DNA from: Nemertoderma westbladi
Lineage: Eukaryota > Animalia > Xenacoelomorpha
Reading direction: 5' to 3'
Assembly (NCBI GenBank): GCA_032718475.1
Contig: JAUCBJ010005417.1
Span: 1-32,450 of the forward strand
DNA: 32,450 nt
Shown here: one piece after another, positions 32,445 through 32,450 of the stretch
Layout of the letters: each line of letters opens with the position of its first letter
Position numbering within the stretch: the stretch's first letter is position 1
The notes under the pieces: generated by a model
What the model was told of the DNA's origin: nothing
The model's input: the letters and a program-made list of their open reading frames with translations, nothing else
The model's database searches: none
Made by a program: the position numbers and the translations under genes

Positions 32445-32450
32445 GTTCGC

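Overview
This is AT-rich animal (invertebrate-like) nuclear DNA, mostly repeats. One host gene is supported: a two-exon RING-HC plus TRAF-type zinc-finger gene (3041-4661). It is followed by a 3.3 kb AT satellite, a 30-bp minisatellite and a tRNA-derived SINE with a 13-bp target-site duplication (TSD). The centre is a nested insertion. A young 12.5 kb BEL/Pao LTR retrotransposon (12409-24884; 524-bp LTRs differing at 2 sites; GGTAT TSD) splits a decayed minus-strand CRE-like non-LTR retrotransposon that has RT, a restriction-like endonuclease and an N-terminal Ulp1-like protease fragment. The right end holds MITEs, a long palindromic element and a 58-bp satellite. The most striking observation is that the BEL/Pao element has no tRNA primer-binding site. 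Instead, about 65 nt immediately after the 5' LTR are collinearly complementary to the predicted first ~80 nt of its own transcript, and the duplex ends exactly at the LTR boundary, which suggests self-primed reverse transcription. The element also has a very long low-complexity N-terminal extension, an array of tetraloop hairpins, and a hidden stop-interrupted triple-CCHC reading frame between pol and the 3' LTR. All calls were made by eye; no database searches or folding programs were run.
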